This document shows, piece by piece, positions 8,845 through 17,066 of a DNA stretch of 20,362 bases. The position numbers and the translations under genes were made by a program. This DNA comes from Candidatus Hodarchaeota archaeon (GTDB lineage Archaea > Asgardarchaeota > Heimdallarchaeia > Hodarchaeales > Hodarchaeaceae). The notes beneath the pieces were generated by a model, which had not been told where the DNA came from, searched no databases, and saw nothing but the letters and a program-made list of their open reading frames with translations. The stretch lies in the NCBI GenBank assembly GCA_016839815.1, contig JAEOTM010000107.1, positions 1 to 20,362 on the forward strand, written 5' to 3'. Positions within the stretch are counted from its first letter, which is position 1. Every line of letters begins with the position of its first letter.

Positions 8845-9732
8845 ATGAACGTTAAAATCCCAGAAATGATGGATCGTCCAGAAGTGTTATTACGTGGAAA
8901 TTTTGCCTGTGCAGGGTGTGGATTATCAATTGCTTACAAAACAGCAATTTCTGCGCTAAATAGACCTATTGTAGTTATACCTGCGTGCTGTTCATCCGTA
9001 ATACAGAGTCTTCATCCCAATGTAACCTATAATGTACCCACATTAAACATTGCATTTGCAGCTCATGCTAGTGCAGCTTCGGGTATTGCCCGAGCGAAAA
9101 AAATGCGAGGAGAAGATACTACAACAGTAGTATGGTCAGGAGATGGGGGAACATTTGATATAGGGATAGCTACTTGGTCAGGTGCGGCGGAGAGAAATGA
9201 AAATATCATCCATTTTTGCTATGATAATAATTTTTATTCAAATACAGGAGCTCAACGTAGTGGAGCAACGCCTCGTGGGGCAGTAACTACTACTACTCCT
9301 GGAGGAAAAAAAGAAAAAAGAAAAAGCATCACACGCATTATGGCTGCGCACGATATTCCATACATCGCTACTGCCTCAATTGGTTATCCACGAGATCTCT
9401 ATACGAAAGTAAAGAAAGCTTCCTTAATCGAAGGGTATCGGTTTATCTTAATTGATGCTCCCTGCCCCACTGGTTGGAATTCTGATCCTGCAATTACTCC
9501 AGAATTAGGTGAGTTGGCTGTAAAGACAGGGTATTTCCCACTTTTTGAGATCGAGGATGGTAAACTTACATTTACCAAAAGAGGAGGAAGATACCGCGAT
9601 CCAGAGAATCGTGTACCTATTGAGGAATATTTGAATAAACAAAAACGATTCAAAGCAATGACTCCTGAACTATTATCAGTAGTAAAAGAAGATATTCAAC
9701 ATGAATGGGATCAGTTAGCCAAGTTAGAGTGA
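8845..9732 (+). CDS. porB: 2-oxoacid:ferredoxin oxidoreductase beta subunit (TPP-binding)
   Basis: ACAGCG, TPP motif GDGGTFDIG...YDNNFYSNTGAQRS, and PCPTGW. Confidence 0.95.
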   Translation: MNVKIPEMMDRPEVLLRGNFACAGCGLSIAYKTAISALNRPIVVIPACCSSVIQSLHPNVTYNVPTLNIAFAAHASAASGIARAKKMRGEDTTTVVWSGDGGTFDIGIATWSGAAERNENIIHFCYDNNFYSNTGAQRSGATPRGAVTTTTPGGKKEKRKSITRIMAAHDIPYIATASIGYPRDLYTKVKKASLIEGYRFILIDAPCPTGWNSDPAITPELGELAVKTGYFPLFEIEDGKLTFTKRGGRYRDPENRVPIEEYLNKQKRFKAMTPELLSVVKEDIQHEWDQLAKLE

Positions 9733-9958
9733 GAATTTCGCTGTTAGTGATTCAACCCCTAATCACCCTTAACAACAAGTAAGAAATTCCTAAAGAATTC
9801 CTAAATTCAGTTATCCTCTTGAACCCATTGCTTGACAAGAAAATCAAGTACGAGATAATATATTTCAGGGGTCGTAAATACTCATAAAAAATTGAATTTG
9901 AAATCCTAGTAAATGATCTAAAGAGATGGCCTTTAACACTTTAATATCCAAAGCTTAA

Positions 9959-9976
9959 TTTTTTTCTGCTTTTTTT
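9959..9976 (+). terminator. Oligo-T tracts, candidate archaeal terminator for the por operon
   Basis: Two long T runs separated by CTGC on the + strand, just before the convergent elp3 stop. Confidence 0.35.
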
Positions 9977-11585
9977 ACAAGGATTTTCCCATATAAGGGC
10001 CAACCTGTCTGAATCCTTGTTTTCGATAATAATCACGTACTCCCAAAGCAGAAGTTACAAGTATTCTTCTATAATCTCTTGCACGGGCAATCTCCTCTGC
10101 TTTTTTTACCAATTCTCCTCCTAATCCTCGATGTTGCCATTCTTGATTTCTTGGGCTCTCCCCAATACCCACTAATTGGCCATAAACATGGAGTTCCCTG
10201 ATGACCACCGCATTCTGAAAGTTTATTTCAGGTCTAAAAGAGTCATTAGAAGGCTCTCTAAGTCTTAAAAATCCAAATAAGGTCTTTTTATCATCTGTAT
10301 CAAATGAAATAAAGTGTTCAATCCCATTCGAAGCTTTGTACTCATTTGAATGTAAAATTACTTCCTTTTCTGCCCATGATTGATTTTTTCGCAGTATCTG
10401 GTGGCCTACTTCGCGACAACGAATACAAGAACACTCTTTACCTTTTTTATGAAGAACTCTCTCTGCCAGTTCCCGAAGATTTCCATAACGAACCCCATCT
10501 GTGATTAGATATGCAGGTATATCTCGTTGGACTCGCTGGATACGTACGAATTCAGGAGTGACTTCCTTAATTTTAGCAATTACTTCAACCACACTATCAG
10601 AGTCATATGGGATATATTCCTTTTTCTGCCATAAGTCAAATAACCTAGTATTTTGAAGTACTAAGGTGGGATAGATCTTTACCGCATCAGGAATATAACG
10701 AGGATCTGTGTACATTTTCTTAAACATCTGTACATCTTCTTCAGGAGTTTGGAATAAATTGGGCATTAAGTGCAAAGTAACTTTGAGTCCGCCATCCCGA
10801 GCATATCGAATTGCTTTTTCTACGTCATGGATTGTGTGATGACGTTGTACAAAATCCAATACTTTATTTGACAATGATTGAACTCCAATTTCGACCCAAG
10901 TTCCTCCTAAATCTAGAATTCGATTCACATGTGATTTTCTGGAATAATCAGGGCGTGTTTCAAATGTAATTCCTACATTTCGTCTTTGACTATTATCTGA
11001 ATAATCTTTTGCCACCTGTAAAGAGGTAGAGACTTTTTCTGTAATTCCATCAAGACATTCCTTAATAAAATGTTCCTGATATTCTTCTGGGTTTGATAGA
11101 AACGTCCCACCCATGATTACTAGATGCACTTTGTCAAGCGGGTGTCCAATGGCTCTTAACTGGTCTAATCTTGCGATTACCTGCTTTTTTGGGTCAAATT
11201 CGTTTTCGATACCACGCATAGCTGCTGGTTCTCTTCCAGTATAGGATTTAGGTGCTCCTGGGACATCAGGGCAATAAATGCATTTACCTGGACATGGTGA
11301 AGGTTTTGTCATCAGGGCAACAATGGCTATTCCACTGATGGTTCGTACTTTTCTAACCCGTAAAAACAGCCGTAATGTATCCTTGTCGGCATCATTCAAG
11401 AAATCCGATGATTCAACAAATTTTATTATTTCCGAATTACGAACAAATCTATCCAGATTATACTTCTTAGCATTTTTTCGTTTCAAGCTTTCTAGTTTCG
11501 TATTGCTTAAGCCAGAATCTTTTATTAAGGCATCAACAATTGCTTCAATGGCATTACTCAATGAGTTATCTAGATTTTGGGTCAT
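9975..11585 (-). CDS. elp3: tRNA uridine(34) acetyltransferase / carboxymethylase Elp3 (radical SAM + KAT)
   Basis: RTISG..VALMTKP.PCPGKCIYCP, MGGTF, ETRPD, EIGVQ, KIYPTLV, RIQRVQRDIP, CSCIRCRE, RELHVYG and acetyl-CoA motif QHRGLG. Start ATG 11585 or TTG 11600. Confidence 0.96.
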   Translation of the reverse strand: MTQNLDNSLSNAIEAIVDALIKDSGLSNTKLESLKRKNAKKYNLDRFVRNSEIIKFVESSDFLNDADKDTLRLFLRVRKVRTISGIAIVALMTKPSPCPGKCIYCPDVPGAPKSYTGREPAAMRGIENEFDPKKQVIARLDQLRAIGHPLDKVHLVIMGGTFLSNPEEYQEHFIKECLDGITEKVSTSLQVAKDYSDNSQRRNVGITFETRPDYSRKSHVNRILDLGGTWVEIGVQSLSNKVLDFVQRHHTIHDVEKAIRYARDGGLKVTLHLMPNLFQTPEEDVQMFKKMYTDPRYIPDAVKIYPTLVLQNTRLFDLWQKKEYIPYDSDSVVEVIAKIKEVTPEFVRIQRVQRDIPAYLITDGVRYGNLRELAERVLHKKGKECSCIRCREVGHQILRKNQSWAEKEVILHSNEYKASNGIEHFISFDTDDKKTLFGFLRLREPSNDSFRPEINFQNAVVIRELHVYGQLVGIGESPRNQEWQHRGLGGELVKKAEEIARARDYRRILVTSALGVRDYYRKQGFRQVGPYMGKSL

Positions 11586-11606
11586 TTGATAGATATCCAA
11601 TTGATA

Positions 11607-12656
11607 TTAGCGAGAAAAGACAGCTAATGATAATAATATGGCTAACAGCATAATTATTGCATGTATCACCAGTATAAATTGTACATTCCTTTTTTCATCT
11701 ACTTTAAAGTAATAAGGAATGATCCAATATACTGTGTACGGACAAGGTGCCACTATGTTGTTTTCTTCATCAATTGTGGCAATTTTTTCAGTCTGTTGTG
11801 TTTTTAAATACACGAAAAATAACACAAAATTAACAAAGTGGAGGCCAAATGCCCCTAATGCAATTCGATCCATATTCCCAATAATTAAAGCTACAATAAT
11901 TCCTGTTCCTAATGTTAATGTACCTGTATCCCCTATCAGTATTTTAGCTGGGTACCAATTGAACCGTAGTAAAATAATAAATCCTCCTAATAATGCCGAG
12001 GTAAACATGGCAACTACTGGATCATCAACAAGAAAGGAAATTAAGAGAATTGCACTAAGGGAAATAATTCCGTTTCCCACTTCCAGACCATTAAATCCTG
12101 CAAGCATATTAAAGGAATTAAAGGCAAAATTTATCGCTAAAGGAATAATGAGTAAACTATATAAGTTTAAACCTCCAAACGTGAGGTCAATATCCCCAAA
12201 AATGCCTAAATTGATACTACTATTCCCTACCTTTAATGCCATTAAAGGTAATGCTGGTAAAAAACCCAATAAGATTTTATCTCTCCATTTTATTTTGAAT
12301 ACATCGTCAAGAAAGCCAATTAAACCTGCAATTACTACACTCATTAATCCTGCTAGTAAAGGAACAAAAGACTGTTCTTCTGTCGCTTCGGTGAATGGAT
12401 AAATCTTTAGTTCGGTCATATACGCCCATCCAAAGATCAAAATAAGAATAGTAAAAATAAAAGCAATTAGTGGTGCTAATCCTCCAGCTTCTGCAATTAT
12501 TGGAGTATTTTTTTTATGAGCATCAACAGTTGTAATACCTCGTTTGAGAGAAACCTCCTTTACCCAAGGTACAAGAAATTGTGTTATCATTGCTGAAATC
12601 AAAAATGCGAAAATTGTAGTAGGAATAATTACTGCTGACAACATAGTCAAACACAT
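11607..12656 (-). CDS. aglH: UDP-GlcNAc:dolichyl-phosphate GlcNAc-1-phosphotransferase (AglH/DPAGT1, MraY superfamily)
   Basis: Polytopic membrane protein with DAHK, EAGG, IGFLDD, NSFNMLAGFNGLE and NWYPAKILIGDTG. The AGxNGLE form is typical of archaeal AglH and eukaryotic GPT. Confidence 0.85.
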   Translation of the reverse strand: MCLTMLSAVIIPTTIFAFLISAMITQFLVPWVKEVSLKRGITTVDAHKKNTPIIAEAGGLAPLIAFIFTILILIFGWAYMTELKIYPFTEATEEQSFVPLLAGLMSVVIAGLIGFLDDVFKIKWRDKILLGFLPALPLMALKVGNSSINLGIFGDIDLTFGGLNLYSLLIIPLAINFAFNSFNMLAGFNGLEVGNGIISLSAILLISFLVDDPVVAMFTSALLGGFIILLRFNWYPAKILIGDTGTLTLGTGIIVALIIGNMDRIALGAFGLHFVNFVLFFVYLKTQQTEKIATIDEENNIVAPCPYTVYWIIPYYFKVDEKRNVQFILVIHAIIMLLAILLSLAVFSR

Positions 12657-12778
12657 TTTAATGGTGATTAGTCTTCATTCTCTCAAAGAGAAGTATTGAT
12701 TAAAAAGATTTTAACCAAAAGTATTGTAGAAGATTTTAACAAATTTAAGGCTTTTAATAAGGAATTGAGGCTTATAAA

Positions 12779-13819
12779 GTGAAATGCATCATACCAGCAG
12801 CAGGTAAGGGGACTCGACTCCAACCACACACTTTGAATAAACCTAAGGCATTATTGAGATTGGGTAACAGACCCATTATTGCTCATATTGTAGATAGAGT
12901 TCTGGAAGCCAATATTTCTGATATAATAATTATTGTTGGTTATGAGAAGGAAAAATTAAAAGATTACCTTCTTAAACAATATTCTGAGAAATGCAATTTC
13001 ACATTTATAGAACAAAAAGAACGAAGGGGACTTGGGCATGCGGTTTACTTGGCAACAGAGCATTTGGATGGAGAACCTGCATTAATTACTTTGGGCGACT
13101 CGCTATATGAGAATTCCTATCTTTCAATGTTACAGGAGTATCAGAAAAGAAGTGATTGGGATGGAGTCTTGACAGTTAGAGATGTTGTCAATCCACAATC
13201 ATATGGGATTGTCATACCTAAACCAAATTCATCAGTTATTAAAGAGATGGTCGAAAAACCTCAGACTCCTCTCTCAAATAAAGCAATCACGGGAGTTTAC
13301 ATGATTCGTAATTCAAAAATTCTTCAGAAAATTTTGCAGGAAATCGTAGAAACAAATTCTATTGGCGCGGGTGGAGAAATACAGTTAACTGATGCCTTGC
13401 AGAGAATGATAAAGAGGGGTTTTACCTTAGGAATTATTGATTCTGGAGTATGGTTCGATTGCGGGAATAAAGATTCATTGTTAAAAGGAAATCAATTTGT
13501 TCTCTCCTCTCTTCAGGATTCAGTAATAAGAAGTGAAATTAACAACAGTGTGATAATTCCTCCTGTCGCTATTGAAAAAGGTTGTTTCATAAGCGATTCA
13601 ATAATCGGTCCTAATGTAAGTATTGCACAAGATACAACTATTACCCGAGGAATTATCTCTTCTTCAATTATTGGCTCCAGTTCTGTTATTGCAAATGTTA
13701 ATATTGAAAATTCCATCATCGGGAATGGGGTTTCGGTTAAAGGTGAGATAAGGGAGCTTAATATTGGAGATAACAGAAAAATTCAGGTTTCAAATGGGAT
13801 TGACACTGATGATGAATAA
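12779..13819 (+). CDS. Sugar-1-phosphate nucleotidyltransferase (long-form glucose-1-phosphate thymidylyltransferase-like) with C-terminal beta-helix
   Basis: IIPAAGKGTRLQP...PK, Q.ERRGLGHAV, LGD, VEKP, GEIQLTDA and WFDCG, followed by hexapeptide repeats. Confidence 0.9.
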   Translation: MKCIIPAAGKGTRLQPHTLNKPKALLRLGNRPIIAHIVDRVLEANISDIIIIVGYEKEKLKDYLLKQYSEKCNFTFIEQKERRGLGHAVYLATEHLDGEPALITLGDSLYENSYLSMLQEYQKRSDWDGVLTVRDVVNPQSYGIVIPKPNSSVIKEMVEKPQTPLSNKAITGVYMIRNSKILQKILQEIVETNSIGAGGEIQLTDALQRMIKRGFTLGIIDSGVWFDCGNKDSLLKGNQFVLSSLQDSVIRSEINNSVIIPPVAIEKGCFISDSIIGPNVSIAQDTTITRGIISSSIIGSSSVIANVNIENSIIGNGVSVKGEIRELNIGDNRKIQVSNGIDTDDE

Positions 13820-14108
13820 GACAATTAAAAATTTTCAAGATTTAATGAGGGAGCTTTACATTGAACGTGATCGACAACGGGGAATAGAAAAAACGTTATT
13901 ATGGTTACAAACTGAGCAAGGAGAACTCATCGATGCATATCTCAAAGAAGATACCTCTACAATGATTGAGGAAGTAGCAGATATATTTGCATGGCTGTGT
14001 TCTGTATGTAATCTCTTTGAAATAGATCTTGAATCTGCTGTATGGGAAAAATATCCTAATAAGTGTCCAAAGTGCTTGATGTCTCCGTGCAAATGTCCTG
14101 TACGATAG
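13809..14108 (+). CDS. MazG-like nucleotide pyrophosphohydrolase
   Basis: LLWLQTEQGEL, EEVADIFAWL and C-terminal KYPNKCPKCLMSPCKC. The start at 13809/13812 overlaps the end of the upstream gene. Confidence 0.88.
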   Translation: MMNKTIKNFQDLMRELYIERDRQRGIEKTLLWLQTEQGELIDAYLKEDTSTMIEEVADIFAWLCSVCNLFEIDLESAVWEKYPNKCPKCLMSPCKCPVR

Positions 14109-14134
14109 TGATTTGCTTTAGAGTAAGTAATTCT

Positions 14135-14860
14135 CTACTCATAATTTGTTTTCTTCCTATCATATTCATCTCTAAACATTACCTGTCTCGCGGGTGCTCC
14201 CATCATGACAGCGTTCTTTGGAACGCTTTTTGTTACAAGGGAACCAGCAGCTATGACAGATTTTTCACCAATGACAATTCCAGGAAGAATCACTGCTGCT
14301 ATTCCTATTATGACACCATTTTTTACATCTGTTCCTGTTAAACGGCTACTAACGGGATAAGTGTCGTTTGCAAAACGAACACCAGGACCAAGAAATACAT
14401 TATCACCTATCTTTATTTTAGGTGGAATAAAATTATTTGATTGAATTCGTGCGTTTTTCCCAATTGTAACTCCTCCATCAACAATTGTACCGCTACCTAT
14501 TATACTGCCAGATCCAATTTCAGAATGTTCCCTGATAACTACATTAGTACCTGTCTCAACAGAATCGAATAATTCTACTTTTTCATAAATAATGGTAAAT
14601 GGTCTGATATGGTTACTTTTTCCTAATATTGAACCTTCCGAAATCTCGTCATATTGTATATCTAGATTTGATCCTCGTTCTTCTTTTGACATAATGTCCT
14701 TTGTTTTTGATCGGATGGGGTAACCTATAATAACCGAAGAATCAATAATTGATTTTTCACCAATTCTCGTGGGACCATAAATTAAGCTAGTCTTGGATAT
14801 ATGAGAAGAGTAGATTTTTGCATTTTTTGAATGAAAGGTTGCTGTATTCATTAGAATCAA
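14135..14860 (-). CDS. Hexapeptide-repeat (left-handed beta-helix) acyltransferase
   Basis: Many [LIV]G-x4 repeats, VFLGPGVRFANDTYP and VIAAGSLVTKSVP...GAPAR. Alternative ATG start at 14851. Confidence 0.9.
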   Translation of the reverse strand: MILMNTATFHSKNAKIYSSHISKTSLIYGPTRIGEKSIIDSSVIIGYPIRSKTKDIMSKEERGSNLDIQYDEISEGSILGKSNHIRPFTIIYEKVELFDSVETGTNVVIREHSEIGSGSIIGSGTIVDGGVTIGKNARIQSNNFIPPKIKIGDNVFLGPGVRFANDTYPVSSRLTGTDVKNGVIIGIAAVILPGIVIGEKSVIAAGSLVTKSVPKNAVMMGAPARQVMFRDEYDRKKTNYE

Positions 14861-14883
14861 CTCAAAAATTGAATTTTTAGATA

Positions 14884-15162
14884 TTACTCCAGATTTATCA
14901 TTTTATTTGTGGTAGTGATCTCCTCATCTTCCTCCAATTCAGAAGGTAAAAGAAAATACGTAATGAATGTCAATACGAATATAATAAACAAGATAATTAA
15001 CGGAAAAATGCCATCGAATGGAATAAATGGAACTAGTGGTCCGAGTATTATGACCATAAATCCAATAATTATAGATGAGATAAATGACACTAGAATTCCT
15101 CGAAGAATCTCAGATAAAGAAAAATTAACCATTTTGTTCACCATTGTTTGCAGAATACTCAT
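14884..15162 (-). CDS. Small membrane protein (2 TM, acidic C-terminal tail)
   Basis: The start overlaps the nadC stop (ATGA) and the ORF fills the gap in a co-oriented run. Two hydrophobic helices, then ELEEDEE. Confidence 0.6.
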   Translation of the reverse strand: MSILQTMVNKMVNFSLSEILRGILVSFISSIIIGFMVIILGPLVPFIPFDGIFPLIILFIIFVLTFITYFLLPSELEEDEEITTTNKMINLE

Positions 15163-16028
15163 GTTTGGATATTTAACGAGAAATCTAAAGATTTTACTGA
15201 ATGAGTTAGAGCTCCTATTGAGATGATATCTATTCCGTTGATTAAAAATTTGTTAATATTTTCCGATGTAATCCCTCCGCTTATCTCTATCAAGGGTTTA
15301 CTTCCTGAAACATTATCATTCATTAATGAAATTGCTTGCTGAATCATTTCAGGAGTAAAATTATCCAGCATAATTACATCAGGATGCAGATCAAGTATGT
15401 TGTCAAATTCATCCAGAGTTTCCACCTCGATGTCAATCTTTTTACTGAAAGATGATAATTTTTGATATTTTGTTAGTATATTTTTAATCGATTCATCCTT
15501 AAAGATTGCAATGTGGTTTTCCTTAATCAAAATTTCATCTGAAAGACTCCAACGATGAGTATCTCCACCTCCTGTTTTTACTGCATATTTCTCAAAATAA
15601 CGGAATCCAGGAGTTGTTTTACGAGTTGATGCAATTCTTATTGGTAAATTTGAGTTTGAAACTATGTCTACAAGGTTCCGAGTTTGTGTAGTAATACCTG
15701 ATAACCGCATAATAATATTCAGAACAGTTCGTTCAACCATGAGTATTACTTTACTACTACCGTTAATAGTCATTACAATATCCTTGTTATTTATCGGGTC
15801 TCCATCTTTTTTAGTTAACTTTACCTCTAATCCAACTGCCTTCAATAATATTTGAGCAAATTCAAGACCACTGACGAATCCTTGATCTTTCGAAATGAGA
15901 TTAGCTTGAACGACTTTGTCGGGCGTAATTTCAGTAGTTATGTCTCCAAATTCAAGATCTTCTTGGAGAAATCGCAGTAATTTTTGTTCTAGCAATTTAG
16001 GAGGGACATTTGCCATAAATTTCACCAC
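15159..16028 (-). CDS. nadC: Nicotinate-nucleotide pyrophosphorylase (carboxylating), quinolinate phosphoribosyltransferase
   Basis: EDLEFGDITT, ERTVLN, STRKTTPG, GGGDTHR, LIKENH, IEVE, IMLDN, EISGGI and SIGALTHS. Confidence 0.96.
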   Translation of the reverse strand: MVKFMANVPPKLLEQKLLRFLQEDLEFGDITTEITPDKVVQANLISKDQGFVSGLEFAQILLKAVGLEVKLTKKDGDPINNKDIVMTINGSSKVILMVERTVLNIIMRLSGITTQTRNLVDIVSNSNLPIRIASTRKTTPGFRYFEKYAVKTGGGDTHRWSLSDEILIKENHIAIFKDESIKNILTKYQKLSSFSKKIDIEVETLDEFDNILDLHPDVIMLDNFTPEMIQQAISLMNDNVSGSKPLIEISGGITSENINKFLINGIDIISIGALTHSVKSLDFSLNIQT

Positions 16029-16083
16029 AATATATCGAAGAGGATTAGTATACCCCGTATAGATTAGTTAATTGTTGTTGTGT

Positions 16084-16107
16084 TTAGTTTTAGAATTCTA
16101 AAACTAA
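16084..16107. repeat. Perfect 24-bp palindrome, candidate operator
   Basis: TTAGTTTTAGAATTCTAAAACTAA is its own reverse complement. It lies 56 bp upstream of the nadC start in the divergent nadC/dph6 spacer. Confidence 0.7.
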
Positions 16108-16373
16108 GTATTACCTCATCAGAAGAGGAATAAATGCTGTTTAGAGTACTTTTCTCTTTTCCAATGAAGTTTTTGTAGCGATTTAATCGTTTTATATCTT
16201 TTTTAAAACACTAAAACTGGGATACTTGTATAACAAATAGAGGATTCTAGAAGAAATCCGTTTTGATTAGCTCTATTATGAACTTTGAAGTAGATAGGAT
16301 GATAAACTATTTATTAAGTGTTTTTTTACCAAGGATTAACTGAAATAATTTTTTTCTAGATTGAGGATTCGTA

Positions 16374-17066
16374 ATGAAAGTTTCATGCTTAGTTTCAGGT
16401 GGGAAAGACTCAATTTTCGCTTTATGGTGTGCCCTTCACCAATTTGATGTTGTTTCTCTAATCAATATCCAAACAATCTCTTCTGATAGCTTTCTTTTTC
16501 ATATCCCGAACACTAAATATGTCTCATTAATGGCTAAAATGTTAAACTTGGACTTAATTGAAGTAAAAATTAACTCCTCTGATGTAAATCAAGAAATATC
16601 AACACTAACGCAAATTTTCACTGAATCTGAAACAGAAGCGATAATTACCGGAGGAATACATTCAGAATTTCAAAGGTATAAATTCAATTTAGCCGCTCAA
16701 AAAGCTGGTGTTAGATGTTTCAATCCACTTTGGAGACTGAAACCAAAAATTCTTATGGAAGAGTTACTAAAAAACAATTTCCACGTCATTCTCGTATCAG
16801 TTTCTGCAATGGGATTTGGAAAAGATCTTCTAGGTAAGAAGCTTACACTTGAAAATTTAAATACTCTTAGAAAGTTACATCAAGTTTCAGAATTAGCATT
16901 GACTGGAGAAGGAGGAGAGTATGAATCATTTGTTTTGGATGCTCCTTTTTTCCCCTCCAAGATTTTGGTAAATGAAGCAAGAATACATTGGAACGAATTT
17001 CGGGAGGAGGGTTTTTACGAGATACTTGATGCAGAACTAGTACCGAAAATCCAAAATAAACACTAA
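16374..17066 (+). CDS. dph6: Diphthine--ammonia ligase (MJ0570-type PP-loop ATPase)
   Basis: SGGKDS, SFLFH.PN, GGIHSEFQ, PLW and GEGGEYESFVLDAPFF. Confidence 0.9.
   Translation: MKVSCLVSGGKDSIFALWCALHQFDVVSLINIQTISSDSFLFHIPNTKYVSLMAKMLNLDLIEVKINSSDVNQEISTLTQIFTESETEAIITGGIHSEFQRYKFNLAAQKAGVRCFNPLWRLKPKILMEELLKNNFHVILVSVSAMGFGKDLLGKKLTLENLNTLRKLHQVSELALTGEGGEYESFVLDAPFFPSKILVNEARIHWNEFREEGFYEILDAELVPKIQNKH

Noticed and set aside
7379-9745. Selenocysteine readthrough of TGA stops in porG, porD and porB
   Set aside because: The proteins are already full length for their families, readthrough gives only short extensions, and no TGA aligns to a conserved Cys position.
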